Shown piece by piece: positions 1 through 10,175 of a DNA stretch of 64,000 nt. Both the position numbers and the translations under genes were made by a program. The number at the start of each line of letters is the position of its first letter. Within the stretch, counting starts at the first letter, position 1. Below the pieces are notes generated by a model. That model did not search any database and was not told where the DNA came from. It worked only from the letters and a program-made list of their open reading frames with translations. Source of the DNA: Clostridia bacterium. Its GTDB lineage: Bacteria > Bacillota > Clostridia > CAKSNL01 > HGM11501. Location: positions 58,354-122,353 of the forward strand of contig JAZQAZ010000041.1 in NCBI GenBank assembly GCA_045545475.1. The letters are read 5' to 3'.

Positions 1-54
1 TATTGCGGGAATTAACCCCTTTTCGTCAAATTTAAGTTCTTTAATATCAAGCAT
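1..54 (-). CDS. hisI: HisI/HisIE N-terminus, truncated by window edge
   Basis: Minus strand reads MLDIKELKFDEKGLIPAI after RBS AGAAAGGA; typical HisI start; directly downstream of hisF. Confidence 0.85.
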   Translation of the reverse strand, partial: MLDIKELKFDEKGLIPAI

Positions 55-72
55 TGTTAAGTCCGTCCTTTC

Positions 73-831
73 TTATAATCTAACGGGTATATTTTCTTTT
101 TTAAGTGATTCTTTAAGCGTTTTTATTTCTACTTCGCCGAAGTGGAAAATTGATGCAGCCAAGCCTGCATCCACCTTGGGAAGAGTCTTAAAGAGCGTAG
201 TGAAATCTTCAACACAGCCCGCACCGCCCGATGCGATAACAGGAACATTTACGGCCTCGCATACAGCATCAAGCATTTCAAGGTCAAAGCCTTTTTTAAC
301 TCCGTCTGTGTCAATGGAATTAAGCACAACCTCGCCCGCTCCCATATCCACACATCTTTTAATCCAGCTGATGGCTTCCATCCCGGTGTTTTCACGTCCG
401 CCCTTGGCAAACACCCGGAAAACTCCGTCAACTCTTTTAACATCAGCAGAAATTACAACGCACTGATTTCCGTAAAGCTTTGCCGCTTCTTCAATAAGTC
501 CGGGATTTCTGATTGCACCAGAATTTACGCTTACTTTATCCGCACCGCATTTTAACACTCTGTCAAAATCCGTCACTGTATTTATTCCACCGCCAACGGT
601 CAGAGGGATAAATATCTTTCTTGCAACCTCAGTAAGTATATCGGTGAAAAGTGCCCTTCCTTCGCTGGAAGCGGTAATGTCATAAAACACCAACTCATCG
701 GCTCCCATATCGCTGTAATATTTTGCCAACTCAACGGGAGAAGACACGTCTGAAAGACCTTTAAAATTAACACCCTTTACCACCCTTCCGTCCTTAACAT
801 CCAGGCAGGGAATTATTCTTTTCGTTATCAT
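73..831 (-). CDS. hisF: Imidazole glycerol phosphate synthase cyclase subunit
   Basis: KRIIPCLDVKDGRVVKG, DELVFYDITAS, VIASGGAG motifs; his operon context. Confidence 0.98.
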   Translation of the reverse strand: MITKRIIPCLDVKDGRVVKGVNFKGLSDVSSPVELAKYYSDMGADELVFYDITASSEGRALFTDILTEVARKIFIPLTVGGGINTVTDFDRVLKCGADKVSVNSGAIRNPGLIEEAAKLYGNQCVVISADVKRVDGVFRVFAKGGRENTGMEAISWIKRCVDMGAGEVVLNSIDTDGVKKGFDLEMLDAVCEAVNVPVIASGGAGCVEDFTTLFKTLPKVDAGLAASIFHFGEVEIKTLKESLKKENIPVRL

Positions 832-1541
832 TTTGCCACCTCAATTGCTTCCTTAAGGTCAATTGCACCAATGTAGTATGCCTTTCCTATAATGGCCCCG
901 TAAATATCAAGTGCTCGTAGTTTTTTCACGTCTTCAATAGAGGAAACTCCACCGGATGCTGTAATGTTTACGGAAAACTTTTCTGAAAGCTCCTTATAAA
1001 GAGCGTGGTTTGTTCCCTGCATCGCGCCGTCCTTTGAAATGTCGGTGCAGATAAGGGTTGAAACCCCAATTTTTTCCATTTTTTCGCAGAAGGAAAAAGC
1101 ATCGTGACTGCTTTTTTCCGTCCATCCCGAAATTGCTACAAAGCCGTCCTTTATGTCAACTCCGACGGCAATTTTTTCACCGTACTTCTCTACCGCCGCC
1201 TTTAAGAATTCCTCATCCTTTACTGCCGCCGTACCTAAAATCACCCTATCAAGACCAATGTTTATATACTTATCAACGGTTTCCATATTTCTTATTCCGC
1301 CGCCAAGCTCGGCGAGAAGATTGGTGTTTTTAATTATGTTTTCTACGGTTTCAAGATTCGGAGTTGTTCCGTCCTTTGCACCCTCCAAGTCCACAAGGTG
1401 AATACAGGTCGCACCGCAGGCTTCAAACTCTTTTGCAACAAGTAAAGGATTTTCATTATAAACTGTCATTTCGTCGTAATTGCCCTTATAAAGACGAACC
1501 GCCTTGCCTCCGTATAAATCTATTGCAGGAAATATAAGCAT
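828..1541 (-). CDS. hisA: ProFAR isomerase
   Basis: IFPAIDL..GKAVRL, HLVDLEGA, GGGIR, TDISKDG motifs. Confidence 0.98.
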   Translation of the reverse strand: MLIFPAIDLYGGKAVRLYKGNYDEMTVYNENPLLVAKEFEACGATCIHLVDLEGAKDGTTPNLETVENIIKNTNLLAELGGGIRNMETVDKYINIGLDRVILGTAAVKDEEFLKAAVEKYGEKIAVGVDIKDGFVAISGWTEKSSHDAFSFCEKMEKIGVSTLICTDISKDGAMQGTNHALYKELSEKFSVNITASGGVSSIEDVKKLRALDIYGAIIGKAYYIGAIDLKEAIEVAK

Positions 1542-1544
1542 CCG

Positions 1545-2156
1545 TCATCCCTCACTTTCACAAAAAGCCTTAAGTATTTTAAGTCCCACGTCTCCGCTTT
1601 TTTCAGGATGGAACTGACAGCCCGATACATTTCCCTTTTCAACTGCCGCTGTCAGGGGAGCACCATAGTCGCTTACAGCGATTACACTGTCACATTCTGC
1701 TCCGTAATAAGAATGAACGAAGTAAACAAAATCCCCATCCTTTATATACTTAAAAAGCTTTGAATCTTTAGTAAACTTAAGTGCATTCCAACCTATATGA
1801 GGAATTTTAAGCTCTTTCGGAATAACCCCTTCAATCGGACGAATTTCTCCCTTTATTAACCCCAGTCCTTCATGTTCCCCGTACTCATAGCTTTTTTCAA
1901 AAAGCATTTGCATGCCGAGGCATATTCCCATTATGGGTTTACCCTTTGCAGCTTCTTCTTTTATTACGTCAAAAAGACCTGTATCACGAAGCTTTTTTGC
2001 CGCATCTCCAAAAGCACCAACGCCGGGAAGAATTATTTTTTCAGCATTCTTTATTTCTTCGGCTTCTCCTGTAACAAACGCCTTTGCACCAATCATATCA
2101 AGGGAGCTTTTAAGTGAGAAAAGATTCCCCACTCCGTAGTCAACTATCGCAATCAT
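1545..2156 (-). CDS. hisH: IGP synthase glutamine amidotransferase subunit
   Basis: DYGVGNL, LPGVGAF, GICLGMQ, QFHPEKS triad motifs. Confidence 0.98.
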   Translation of the reverse strand: MIAIVDYGVGNLFSLKSSLDMIGAKAFVTGEAEEIKNAEKIILPGVGAFGDAAKKLRDTGLFDVIKEEAAKGKPIMGICLGMQMLFEKSYEYGEHEGLGLIKGEIRPIEGVIPKELKIPHIGWNALKFTKDSKLFKYIKDGDFVYFVHSYYGAECDSVIAVSDYGAPLTAAVEKGNVSGCQFHPEKSGDVGLKILKAFCESEG

Positions 2157-2743
2157 TAAAGCACTCCCTTTGTTGAAGGTATTTCGTTTTTCGCCGCTTC
2201 GTCTATTGACACGGCAGTTCTCAAGCTTCTGGCAACCGATTTATAAATTCCCTCAATAATGTGATGAGAATTCATGCCGGAAAGCATTTTAATATGGAGA
2301 TTGCATTTTGCATTGTCGGAAAATGCAAGAAAAAACTCCCTTACAAGTTCCGTATCAAAGTCCCCCACCTTTTCTGTGGGGATTTGGGCATCAAATACCA
2401 GATAGCTTCTGCCGGATAAGTCCACTGCAGAAAGAATAAGTGCTTCATCCATAGGAAGAATCATAGAGCCGTAGCGGCAGATTCCCTTTTTGTCGGAAAG
2501 TGCATTTGCAAAAGCATCTCCCAGGGCAATTCCGATATCCTCTGTTGTGTGGTGATAGTCAACAAAGGTATCTCCCTTGCAGGTAAGCTCTATATCAAAT
2601 CTTCCGTGCTTTGCAAAAAGCGTCATCATGTGATCCAAAAAGCCACAGCCGGTATTGATTTTGCTTTCTCCCTTACCGTCTAAATCTATCTTAAGATAAA
2701 TATCTGTTTCATTTGTTTTTCTTTTTATTTCTGCTGTTCTCAA
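2156..2743 (-). CDS. hisB: Imidazoleglycerol-phosphate dehydratase
   Basis: RKTNETDI, GFLDHM, DYHHTTED, NSHHIIE motifs; TTG start at 2743 preferred over GTG at 2752. Confidence 0.97.
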   Translation of the reverse strand: MRTAEIKRKTNETDIYLKIDLDGKGESKINTGCGFLDHMMTLFAKHGRFDIELTCKGDTFVDYHHTTEDIGIALGDAFANALSDKKGICRYGSMILPMDEALILSAVDLSGRSYLVFDAQIPTEKVGDFDTELVREFFLAFSDNAKCNLHIKMLSGMNSHHIIEGIYKSVARSLRTAVSIDEAAKNEIPSTKGVL

Positions 2744-2754
2744 AGTTATCACCC

Positions 2755-3810
2755 TTATTTTATTATTTCGGAAAGTGCCGCTAAAAGTGCTTCCATCTCC
2801 TCACGGCTTCCCACGGTTATTCTGTTATAATCCTTTATTCTTTCCTTTGTGAAATGGCGTACAAGTATGCCCTTTTCACGAAGCTTTATATATATTGCTT
2901 CTCCGCTCAAAACACTATGCTTTGCAAAAATGAAATTTGCTTTTGAATCCGTAAGGGTAAATCCAAGTTTTTCAAGCTCTTTCTTGGTGTATTCCCTGGT
3001 ATCAACAATTTTTTCAAGATTTGCTTTTGTATATTCCTCATCGTTTAATACACCAAGACCCGATGCCTGAGTCATCATGTTTACGTTATAGGGATTGGTG
3101 GAATACTTAATGGTATTAAGATCTCGTATCAGTTCAGGATTTCCGCAACCGAAGCCAAGGCGTGCTCCTGCCATGGAACGGGACTTTGAAAATGTTCCCG
3201 TAACCAGAAGATTGTCGTATTTTCTTACCAGTGAAACTGCACTTTCGTTTCCGAAATCCACGTAAGCTTCGTCAATTACCACCACGTTGTCTCTATTATT
3301 TTTAACGATTTCCTCAATTTCGGAAAGCGTCAGATAAATTCCCGTGGGTGCATTGGGGTTTGCTATTATAATGGTTTTTCCCGCATTAAAGTATTTTTTA
3401 ATGTCTATAGAAAAATCCTCTTCAAGCGGAATTTCCTCATAGGGTACGCCGTTTAAATCCGCAAACACCGGATAAAAGCCATAAGTTATGTCAGGAAATA
3501 CCGCAGGGGTATTTTTATCGCAAAACGCCATAAATGCAAAATTAAGTATTTCATCAGAGCCGTTGGTCATAAGTACTTCATCATAGGAAAGTCCCAGTAT
3601 TTCCGCCATTTTCTCGGTAAGTGCCCTGCATTCCGGATCAGAATAAAGCATAAGCTTTTCCGCTGCCTCGCTTGCTGCTTTAACAGCCTTTTCGGAAGGC
3701 GGATAGGGCGATTCGTTGGTATTTAGCTTTATATACTTACGCTCTTTGGGCTGCTCCCCCGGTGTATAGGGCGTAAGGCTTTTTACTCTTTCATTTTGAA
3801 ATCTGCTCAT
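2755..3810 (-). CDS. hisC: Histidinol-phosphate aminotransferase
   Basis: PYTPGEQP, KLNTNESP, NPNAPTG, DEAY, TFSKSRSMAGARLG (PLP Lys). Confidence 0.97.
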   Translation of the reverse strand: MSRFQNERVKSLTPYTPGEQPKERKYIKLNTNESPYPPSEKAVKAASEAAEKLMLYSDPECRALTEKMAEILGLSYDEVLMTNGSDEILNFAFMAFCDKNTPAVFPDITYGFYPVFADLNGVPYEEIPLEEDFSIDIKKYFNAGKTIIIANPNAPTGIYLTLSEIEEIVKNNRDNVVVIDEAYVDFGNESAVSLVRKYDNLLVTGTFSKSRSMAGARLGFGCGNPELIRDLNTIKYSTNPYNVNMMTQASGLGVLNDEEYTKANLEKIVDTREYTKKELEKLGFTLTDSKANFIFAKHSVLSGEAIYIKLREKGILVRHFTKERIKDYNRITVGSREEMEALLAALSEIIK

Positions 3811-5084
3811 ACTTCCTCCGTACGGATCACCGCACTTTTTGCGTGAGCGGTAAGTCCTTCCTTTTTTGCGAAAAGTTCAACATCCTTTGCCACATCAGCC
3901 AGTGCATCTTTAGTAAAGTAAGTATATTGTGTTTTCTTTATGAAATCGTCAACGGACAGGGGGCTTGAAAACTTAGCTGTACCGCTTGTGGGAAGTGTGT
4001 GGTTGGGACCTGCAAGGTAATCGCCCAGTGCTTCGGGGCAGTTTCTTCCCATAAATATGGATCCTGCATGGCGGATTGAATCAAGATAGTCAAAGGGATT
4101 ATCCACACAAAGCTCCAGATGCTCGGGAGCAATTTCGTTGGCAATTTCAATTGCCGCATAAAGATTTTCCGCAACAATAATTTTTCCGTTATTGTCAATG
4201 GATTCCCTTGCAATTTCACTCCTTAAAAGAAGGGGAATCTGTTTTTCCAGTTCTTCCGATACGGCCATTGCAAGTTCATATGAATCCGTAACTAAAACCG
4301 CACTCGCAAGCTTATCATGCTCTGCCTGGGAAAGAAGGTCCGCCGCAACATGAGATGCGTCGGAGGCACCGTCAGCCACAATTAAAATTTCGCTGGGGCC
4401 TGCAATCATGTCAATGGAAACCATGCCGAATACCTGCTTTTTAGCCTCCGCAACAAAGGCGTTTCCGGGGCCTACGATTTTGTCAACCTTGGGCACAGAC
4501 TCTGTTCCGTAAGCAAGTGCCGCAATCGCCTGTGCTCCGCCCACCTTTATAATTTTATCAACACCTGCAACATATGCCGCAGCAAGTATTACAGGATTCA
4601 CCTTACCATCCTTACCGGGAGGTGTTACCATAACCACCTCCGGGCATCCTGCAATTTTCGCAGGGATTGAATCCATTAAAACAGTGGAAGGATAAGCCGC
4701 CGTACCTCCGGGAACATAAAGCCCCGCTCTGTCTACCGGAATGATTTTCTGTCCCATTACGATTCCCGGCTCGTCATTTATTATAAAGCTTGTCCTTTTC
4801 TGCTTTTCATGAAACTTTCTTATGTTTGATGCGGCTTTTTCAAGCACTCTGATAAACTCCGGTTCAACGGATGCCACCGCTTCCTTTATCTCCTCATTTG
4901 TAACAACCATGTAAGAAAGCTTAGCACCGTCAAACTTTTCGGTGTATTCCAAAAGTGCCTTATCTCCATTTTTTCTTACATTATCTATTATATCGGAAAC
5001 AATGGCAGTAACGTCAACCTTTGGTTCTACTCTTGCGAAGATTTCCGATGCGGGAACCTCGCCGTATTTCATTATTTTAATCAT
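3807..5084 (-). CDS. hisD: Histidinol dehydrogenase
   Basis: [46 protein letters not shown]. Confidence 0.98.
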   Translation of the reverse strand: MIKIMKYGEVPASEIFARVEPKVDVTAIVSDIIDNVRKNGDKALLEYTEKFDGAKLSYMVVTNEEIKEAVASVEPEFIRVLEKAASNIRKFHEKQKRTSFIINDEPGIVMGQKIIPVDRAGLYVPGGTAAYPSTVLMDSIPAKIAGCPEVVMVTPPGKDGKVNPVILAAAYVAGVDKIIKVGGAQAIAALAYGTESVPKVDKIVGPGNAFVAEAKKQVFGMVSIDMIAGPSEILIVADGASDASHVAADLLSQAEHDKLASAVLVTDSYELAMAVSEELEKQIPLLLRSEIARESIDNNGKIIVAENLYAAIEIANEIAPEHLELCVDNPFDYLDSIRHAGSIFMGRNCPEALGDYLAGPNHTLPTSGTAKFSSPLSVDDFIKKTQYTYFTKDALADVAKDVELFAKKEGLTAHAKSAVIRTEEV

Positions 5085-5085
5085 C

Positions 5086-5715
5086 TTATTTATCCTCCGC
5101 TGTCTGTTTCTTTAAAGATTCAATTACCTTTTCCATAAGATCTCCTTTGAACTTGAATGCAGACTTATTGGCAATAAGTCTTGCACTTATGGGAACTATT
5201 TCCTCTTTTACCTCAAGGTCGTTTTCTTTTAATGTAGTTCCTGTTTCAACTATGTCAACTATCACATCCGACAAGGATAAAATCGGGGCAATTTCAATTG
5301 AGCCGTTTAAGTGAATGATGTCAATATCTCTTCCCTTAGCCGCATAATATGCCTTTGTAATATTGGAAAACTTAGTAGCAACCCTTAAAGGGCGCTCGGT
5401 ATTTTCCCTGAAATCACGCTTTGCGGCAACCGCCATGCGACATTTTCCGATATCAAGATCCAGAAGCTCATAAACCTCAGGTTCATACTCAAGCAGTATG
5501 TCTTTTCCCGCAACTCCGATATCAGCGGCTCCCCTCTCCACATAAATCGCAACATCGGAAGGCTTTACCCAGAAGTATCTTACACACTTTTCTTCGTTTA
5601 CAAAGATCAGTTTTCTGTTCTGTTCCTTTATCGAGGGACACGGAAAACCGGCTTTTTCAAACATATCATAAACCTTTTCGCCAAGTCTTCCTTTCGGAAG
5701 TGCAACATTAAGCAT
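5086..5715 (-). CDS. hisG: ATP phosphoribosyltransferase, short form
   Basis: LNVALPKGRL, DIGVAGKD, DIVETGTTL; start moved to ATG 5715, overlapping the hisZ stop. Confidence 0.97.
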   Translation of the reverse strand: MLNVALPKGRLGEKVYDMFEKAGFPCPSIKEQNRKLIFVNEEKCVRYFWVKPSDVAIYVERGAADIGVAGKDILLEYEPEVYELLDLDIGKCRMAVAAKRDFRENTERPLRVATKFSNITKAYYAAKGRDIDIIHLNGSIEIAPILSLSDVIVDIVETGTTLKENDLEVKEEIVPISARLIANKSAFKFKGDLMEKVIESLKKQTAEDK

Positions 5716-6826
5716 GGTTTTCAATGATTTCAACCCCTCTCTCATTCATTTTAAGAAGTTTATTGTATCTTAAATCAGCCGGAATTTCCTTTAAGGCCAG
5801 GGCACTTTTTCCGTCTGCCGTAAAAAGTCTTACGGTATCAGAAAGAGCTTTCATATCGCAATTGTCATCGTAAAGTATAACTGTATCCACATCAAAAGCT
5901 GCTTCATCTTCTGAAAGAGCGTAAAGAGAATCAAGATAAACGGCAAAACCGATTGCCTCGCTCTTTTTACCCATTTTTTTCATAAGCTTGTCATACTGTC
6001 CGCCGGAAAGAATTCCTGTGGCAATTCCGTTTATAAAGCCTTTAAAAACAAAGCCGTTATAATAATTCATGTCATTTATAACAGAAAAATCTATATTGAT
6101 TTTCCCCTCTAGTCCCGCTTCTTCAAGAGCCATGGTGATTTTTTTAAGCTTTGAAAGGGCCTCAGTTTCTTTGCATAAAAGCCCGGATAACGCAGGCAGA
6201 ACCTTAGAAGGTGCTCCATACAAGGACACAAGTTTCATAAGTGCTGTTCCGTCTATCCCTTCTTTTTTACAAATCTCTCCTATTCCGTGAGCATTCTTTT
6301 CGCCGATGCATTTCAGTATTTCCTTTTCGGCAGATGGATTAACGCCCATATCCGAGAGTATATCGGATATAACCGTGAGATTTGAAATATCAAGAACAAA
6401 ATCATCAGATATTGTTTTAAGGCTCATGGCTGCAAGATAGATAACCTCGTAAACAGAATAGTCATCGGAGTTTCCGATGCACTCAAGCCCCAGTTGCATA
6501 ATTTCCTTAAAAGAATGACTTCCCTTGGAAACTCTGTAAACGTTTTCATTATAATAAAGCTTCTGCACCGAAGTGTCATCCTTGCTGTTTTTTATGATTG
6601 ACAAAGTTACGTCAGGCTTTAATGCCATTAATTTCCCGTCTGTATCCGTAAAGGTGATAATGTGATCGGATATCAAAAAATCCTTATTTCTGACATATAA
6701 ATCATATTCCTCGAACTTACTCATTCTGTAACGGGAATATCCGTATTTCGAATAAAGGCTTCTGAGTGCGAAAACCGCCTTTTCGTCATTTCTTAAAACA
6801 GAATCTTCTATTTTCATTAAAGTCAC
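5708..6826 (-). CDS. hisZ: ATP phosphoribosyltransferase regulatory subunit
   Basis: HisRS-like ALKPDVT, QLGLECIG, YYNGFVF, SGGQYD; adjacent to short hisG. Confidence 0.95.
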   Translation of the reverse strand: MTLMKIEDSVLRNDEKAVFALRSLYSKYGYSRYRMSKFEEYDLYVRNKDFLISDHIITFTDTDGKLMALKPDVTLSIIKNSKDDTSVQKLYYNENVYRVSKGSHSFKEIMQLGLECIGNSDDYSVYEVIYLAAMSLKTISDDFVLDISNLTVISDILSDMGVNPSAEKEILKCIGEKNAHGIGEICKKEGIDGTALMKLVSLYGAPSKVLPALSGLLCKETEALSKLKKITMALEEAGLEGKINIDFSVINDMNYYNGFVFKGFINGIATGILSGGQYDKLMKKMGKKSEAIGFAVYLDSLYALSEDEAAFDVDTVILYDDNCDMKALSDTVRLFTADGKSALALKEIPADLRYNKLLKMNERGVEIIENHA

Positions 6827-6831
6827 CCCAA

Positions 6832-7122
6832 TCAGTCGTTTTCAGAAAGTTTCTTAAGCATTTTTTCATAACCGCCACTTCCGTATAAAAGGCAACGGTT
6901 AACACGGCTTATGGTTGTGGTGCTTGCACCTGTTTCCTTTGATATATCCTGATAGCTTTTTCCTTTTTTAAGCTCCATAGCCACAGTAAGACGAAGCGAC
7001 AAATCCTGAATTTCCTTGACCGTGCATATGTCTTCAAGGAAGTTTATACATTCTTCTTCATTTTCAAGCATTAAAATGGCTTTTATAAGCTCCTTCGCCG
7101 ATTCAAAAAGCTTCTTTTCCAT
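6832..7122 (-). CDS. TrpR-like YerC/YecD family repressor (HisR candidate)
   Basis: FLEDICTVKEIQDLS.RL and TGASTTTISRVNRCL.YG HTH; first gene of the his operon. Confidence 0.92.
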   Translation of the reverse strand: MEKKLFESAKELIKAILMLENEEECINFLEDICTVKEIQDLSLRLTVAMELKKGKSYQDISKETGASTTTISRVNRCLLYGSGGYEKMLKKLSEND

Positions 7123-7133
7123 TAAAACCCTTC

Positions 7134-7185
7134 TTTCATCGTTTTATCACTTTACTATAGTAACACGACAGAGCGGTAAAGTCAA
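7134..7185 (-). promoter_or_regulatory. SigA promoter of the his operon with overlapping HisR-type operator
   Basis: Minus strand TTGACT(7185-7180)-N17-TACTAT(7162-7157) with TGn extension; palindrome TTACTATAGTAA at 7152-7163 covers the -10; TAAAG-like repeats every 8 bp downstream. Confidence 0.75.
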
Positions 7186-7331
7186 TGCTTTTTTTGATTT
7201 TTGTGGCAATTTAACAAACAGAGGTATATTTTCACTTTTTTTCTTTACTTTTTAACAACTATCTATTATAATATCCCTATACACCTTGCAGGACAGAATT
7301 TAATTTTCCCCTAAGGGAGAAAGGACTTCAT

Positions 7332-8690
7332 ATGAATATTATTATAGTAGGTGCAGGAAAGGTAGGCTTAAAGCTTGCCGAAAAACTGAATCAGGAAAAT
7401 GAACATGACATAACTTTAATAGATTTAAAATATCAGAACATTGAGCACGCCGTTAACCAGTATGATGTTATGGGTGTTACTGGCGATGCCATAAGCCAGG
7501 AAACGTTAAAAGAAGCAGGCATCGAAAAAGCAGACTTACTCATTGCCGTAACAGGTAATGATGAGCTTAACCTGATTACATGCCTCATCGCAAAAAAATG
7601 CGGTCATTTGAAAACCATAGCAAGAATAAGGCGTCCCGAATACAATAAGGACATTCATCTTATAAGGGAAGATTTAGGCCTTGCAATGGTTATAAATCCG
7701 GAGCAGGCGGCGGCCCACGAAATGGCGAGAGTTTTAAGATTTCCCTCTGCCATTCAGATTGATACCTTCTCAAAAGGAAGAGTTGAAATCTTAAAATTCC
7801 GTATTCACGAGGATTCTCCCCTTGACAATATGCGTATTGCCGATTTAACTCCCAAACTTAACTGCGACATCCTCGTATGTGGTGTTGAGCGCGGTGACGA
7901 AGCCTTTATTCCCGGCGGTGATTTTGTCCTTAAGGAAGGAGACTATATAAGCATAGTTTCCTCTGTTTCAAACGGTGCATATTTCTTTAAAAAAATCGGC
8001 ATCAAAACTTCAAGTGTAAAAGATACCATCATTGTAGGCGGAGGTGACACGGCATATTACCTTGCCAACCGACTTATCCAGACCGGTATTTCCGTAAAAA
8101 TTATCGAACAGGACGAAAAGCGCTGCGATGAGCTTTTCCAGCTCCTGCCGAAAGCAACTATAATAAACGGCGACGGTACCGACAAGACTACATTACTTGA
8201 AGCAGGGCTTGAATATGCAGAGTCCTTCGTTGCCCTCACAAATATAGACGAAGAAAATGTGCTTCTTTCCCTTTATGCCAAAAGCAAGGATATCAAAAAA
8301 ATCGTAACCAAGGTTAACCGTATTGAATACGATAATGTATTGAATTCCCTTGAGCTTGACTCGATTTTCTACCCCAAAAACATAACCGCAGAATATATCT
8401 TGAGATTTGTCCGTGCAAGAAACCAGTCAAGAAGCTCAAACATTGAGACGGTACACCTTATTCTTGACGGCAAAGCCGAAGCACTGGAATTCAGAATCAA
8501 AAAAGACTCCCCCATTTCGGATATTCCGATTATGAAGCTTCATCTTAAACCCAACATATTAATCGCCTGCATAACCCGCGGCGGTCAGATCATTATTCCC
8601 AGAGGTCATGACATAATCAAAGAAGGAGATTCCGTTATCATCGTAACAACCGAAACAGGCTTTGACGATATCTCGGACATTCTCCAGTAG
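7332..8690 (+). CDS. trkA: Trk potassium uptake regulatory subunit
   Basis: Two RCK_N/RCK_C repeats with GAGKVG and GGGDTA Rossmann loops; 452 aa. Confidence 0.96.
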   Translation: MNIIIVGAGKVGLKLAEKLNQENEHDITLIDLKYQNIEHAVNQYDVMGVTGDAISQETLKEAGIEKADLLIAVTGNDELNLITCLIAKKCGHLKTIARIRRPEYNKDIHLIREDLGLAMVINPEQAAAHEMARVLRFPSAIQIDTFSKGRVEILKFRIHEDSPLDNMRIADLTPKLNCDILVCGVERGDEAFIPGGDFVLKEGDYISIVSSVSNGAYFFKKIGIKTSSVKDTIIVGGGDTAYYLANRLIQTGISVKIIEQDEKRCDELFQLLPKATIINGDGTDKTTLLEAGLEYAESFVALTNIDEENVLLSLYAKSKDIKKIVTKVNRIEYDNVLNSLELDSIFYPKNITAEYILRFVRARNQSRSSNIETVHLILDGKAEALEFRIKKDSPISDIPIMKLHLKPNILIACITRGGQIIIPRGHDIIKEGDSVIIVTTETGFDDISDILQ

Positions 8691-8700
8691 AGGATAAATT

Positions 8701-10140
8701 ATGAATCGCAAAATTATATTTTACACACTGGGCACCGTGCTTTATATTGAAGCTATATTTATGCTTCTTCCGATAATCTGCTCCATAGTCTATAAGGAGC
8801 CGTATATTTTAGGTTCTTTTGCCATTTCGGCATTACTTTGCACTTTGACAGGGGTGCTTTTCACAGTCAAGCCTCCTGACAACAAAGCAATGTTCGCCAA
8901 AGAAGGCTATATAACGGTTGCACTTTCATGGATTTTAATAAGTCTTTTCGGATGCCTCCCCTTTATTTTTTCGGGATATATTCCGAATTTCATTGATGCT
9001 TTTTTTGAAACCGTATCCGGATTCACAACAACAGGTGCATCCATCCTTTCTGATGTGGAAGCCCTTCCGAAAAGTCTTTTGTTCTGGCGAAGCTTTACCC
9101 ACTGGATAGGCGGTATGGGTGTTCTGGTTTTTCTTGTTGCCATTCTCCCCCTTTTCGGCGGAACAAATCTTAATCTTATAAAAGCAGAAAGCCCCGGTCC
9201 CGCTGTTTCAAAGCTTGTTCCCAAGGTTAAGTCCACAGCGAAAATTTTGTATACCATATATATTGCAATGACGCTTTTAATGATTGTTCTTCTCTTATTC
9301 GGCGGAATGAATTTATTTGAAGCACTGACCACAGCTTTCGGTACAGCCGGCACCGGCGGCTTCGGAATTAAAAATTCAAGCCTTGCCGGTTATTCTCCCT
9401 ACATTCAGAATGTAGTTACCATTTTTATGATATTTTTCGGAATAGACTTTTCTATTTATTATCTTATACTTATGAAAAAGTTTTCCGCCGTGCTTAAATC
9501 CAACGAAGTAAGAACATATCTTTTAATCATTCTTTCTTCAATTCTTGTAATCGGATTTAATATAAGACATCTTTTCCCATCTGTTTCTGAAGCACTTCAC
9601 CACAGCAGCTTTCAGGTTGCATCCATCATTACGACAACCGGCTTTGCAACTGCAGATTTTGACCTGTGGCCTTCTCTTTCAAAAACAATACTTGTGGTGC
9701 TTATGTTTATCGGTGCCTGTGCCGGAAGCACAGGCGGCGGAATGAAGGTTTCCAGAATAATAATTCTGTTCAAGAGTATTATAAAAGAAATCAAAATTCT
9801 TGCTCATCCGAAAAGTACAATTAAAATCACTATGAACGGCAGACCTGTTGAACACGAGACAGTCCGCTCCGTAAATGTATTCACAGTGGCTTATCTTTCA
9901 ATCTTTGTGCTTGCCCTTCTTCTGATAAGTCTTGACAATTTTGATTTCACCACTAACTTTACAGCAGTTGCGGCAACCATAAACAACATAGGTCCCGGTC
10001 TTTCCAAAGTCGGCCCCACAATGAATTTTTCAGAGTTTTCATCCTTTTCAAAGCTTGTCCTGTCAGCAGCAATGCTTATCGGACGACTTGAAATTTTCCC
10101 GATGCTTGTACTGTTTTCTCCCGCAACCTGGAAAAAATAA
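8701..10140 (+). CDS. trkH: TrkH potassium uptake membrane subunit
   Basis: SGFTTTG, GTGGF, TTTGF, GSTGGG, NNIGPG pore loops; GRLEI. Confidence 0.96.
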   Translation: MNRKIIFYTLGTVLYIEAIFMLLPIICSIVYKEPYILGSFAISALLCTLTGVLFTVKPPDNKAMFAKEGYITVALSWILISLFGCLPFIFSGYIPNFIDAFFETVSGFTTTGASILSDVEALPKSLLFWRSFTHWIGGMGVLVFLVAILPLFGGTNLNLIKAESPGPAVSKLVPKVKSTAKILYTIYIAMTLLMIVLLLFGGMNLFEALTTAFGTAGTGGFGIKNSSLAGYSPYIQNVVTIFMIFFGIDFSIYYLILMKKFSAVLKSNEVRTYLLIILSSILVIGFNIRHLFPSVSEALHHSSFQVASIITTTGFATADFDLWPSLSKTILVVLMFIGACAGSTGGGMKVSRIIILFKSIIKEIKILAHPKSTIKITMNGRPVEHETVRSVNVFTVAYLSIFVLALLLISLDNFDFTTNFTAVAATINNIGPGLSKVGPTMNFSEFSSFSKLVLSAAMLIGRLEIFPMLVLFSPATWKK

Positions 10141-10175
10141 AAAATAAAGCCACCCGATGGGTGGCTTTATTTTTT
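10140..10175. terminator. Bidirectional intrinsic terminator
   Basis: AAAATAAAGCCACCC-GAT-GGGTGGCTTTATTTT between convergent genes. Confidence 0.9.

Noticed and set aside
7190-7331. c-di-AMP riboswitch upstream of trkA
   Set aside because: Leader is short and AT-rich, with no ydaO-like motifs visible
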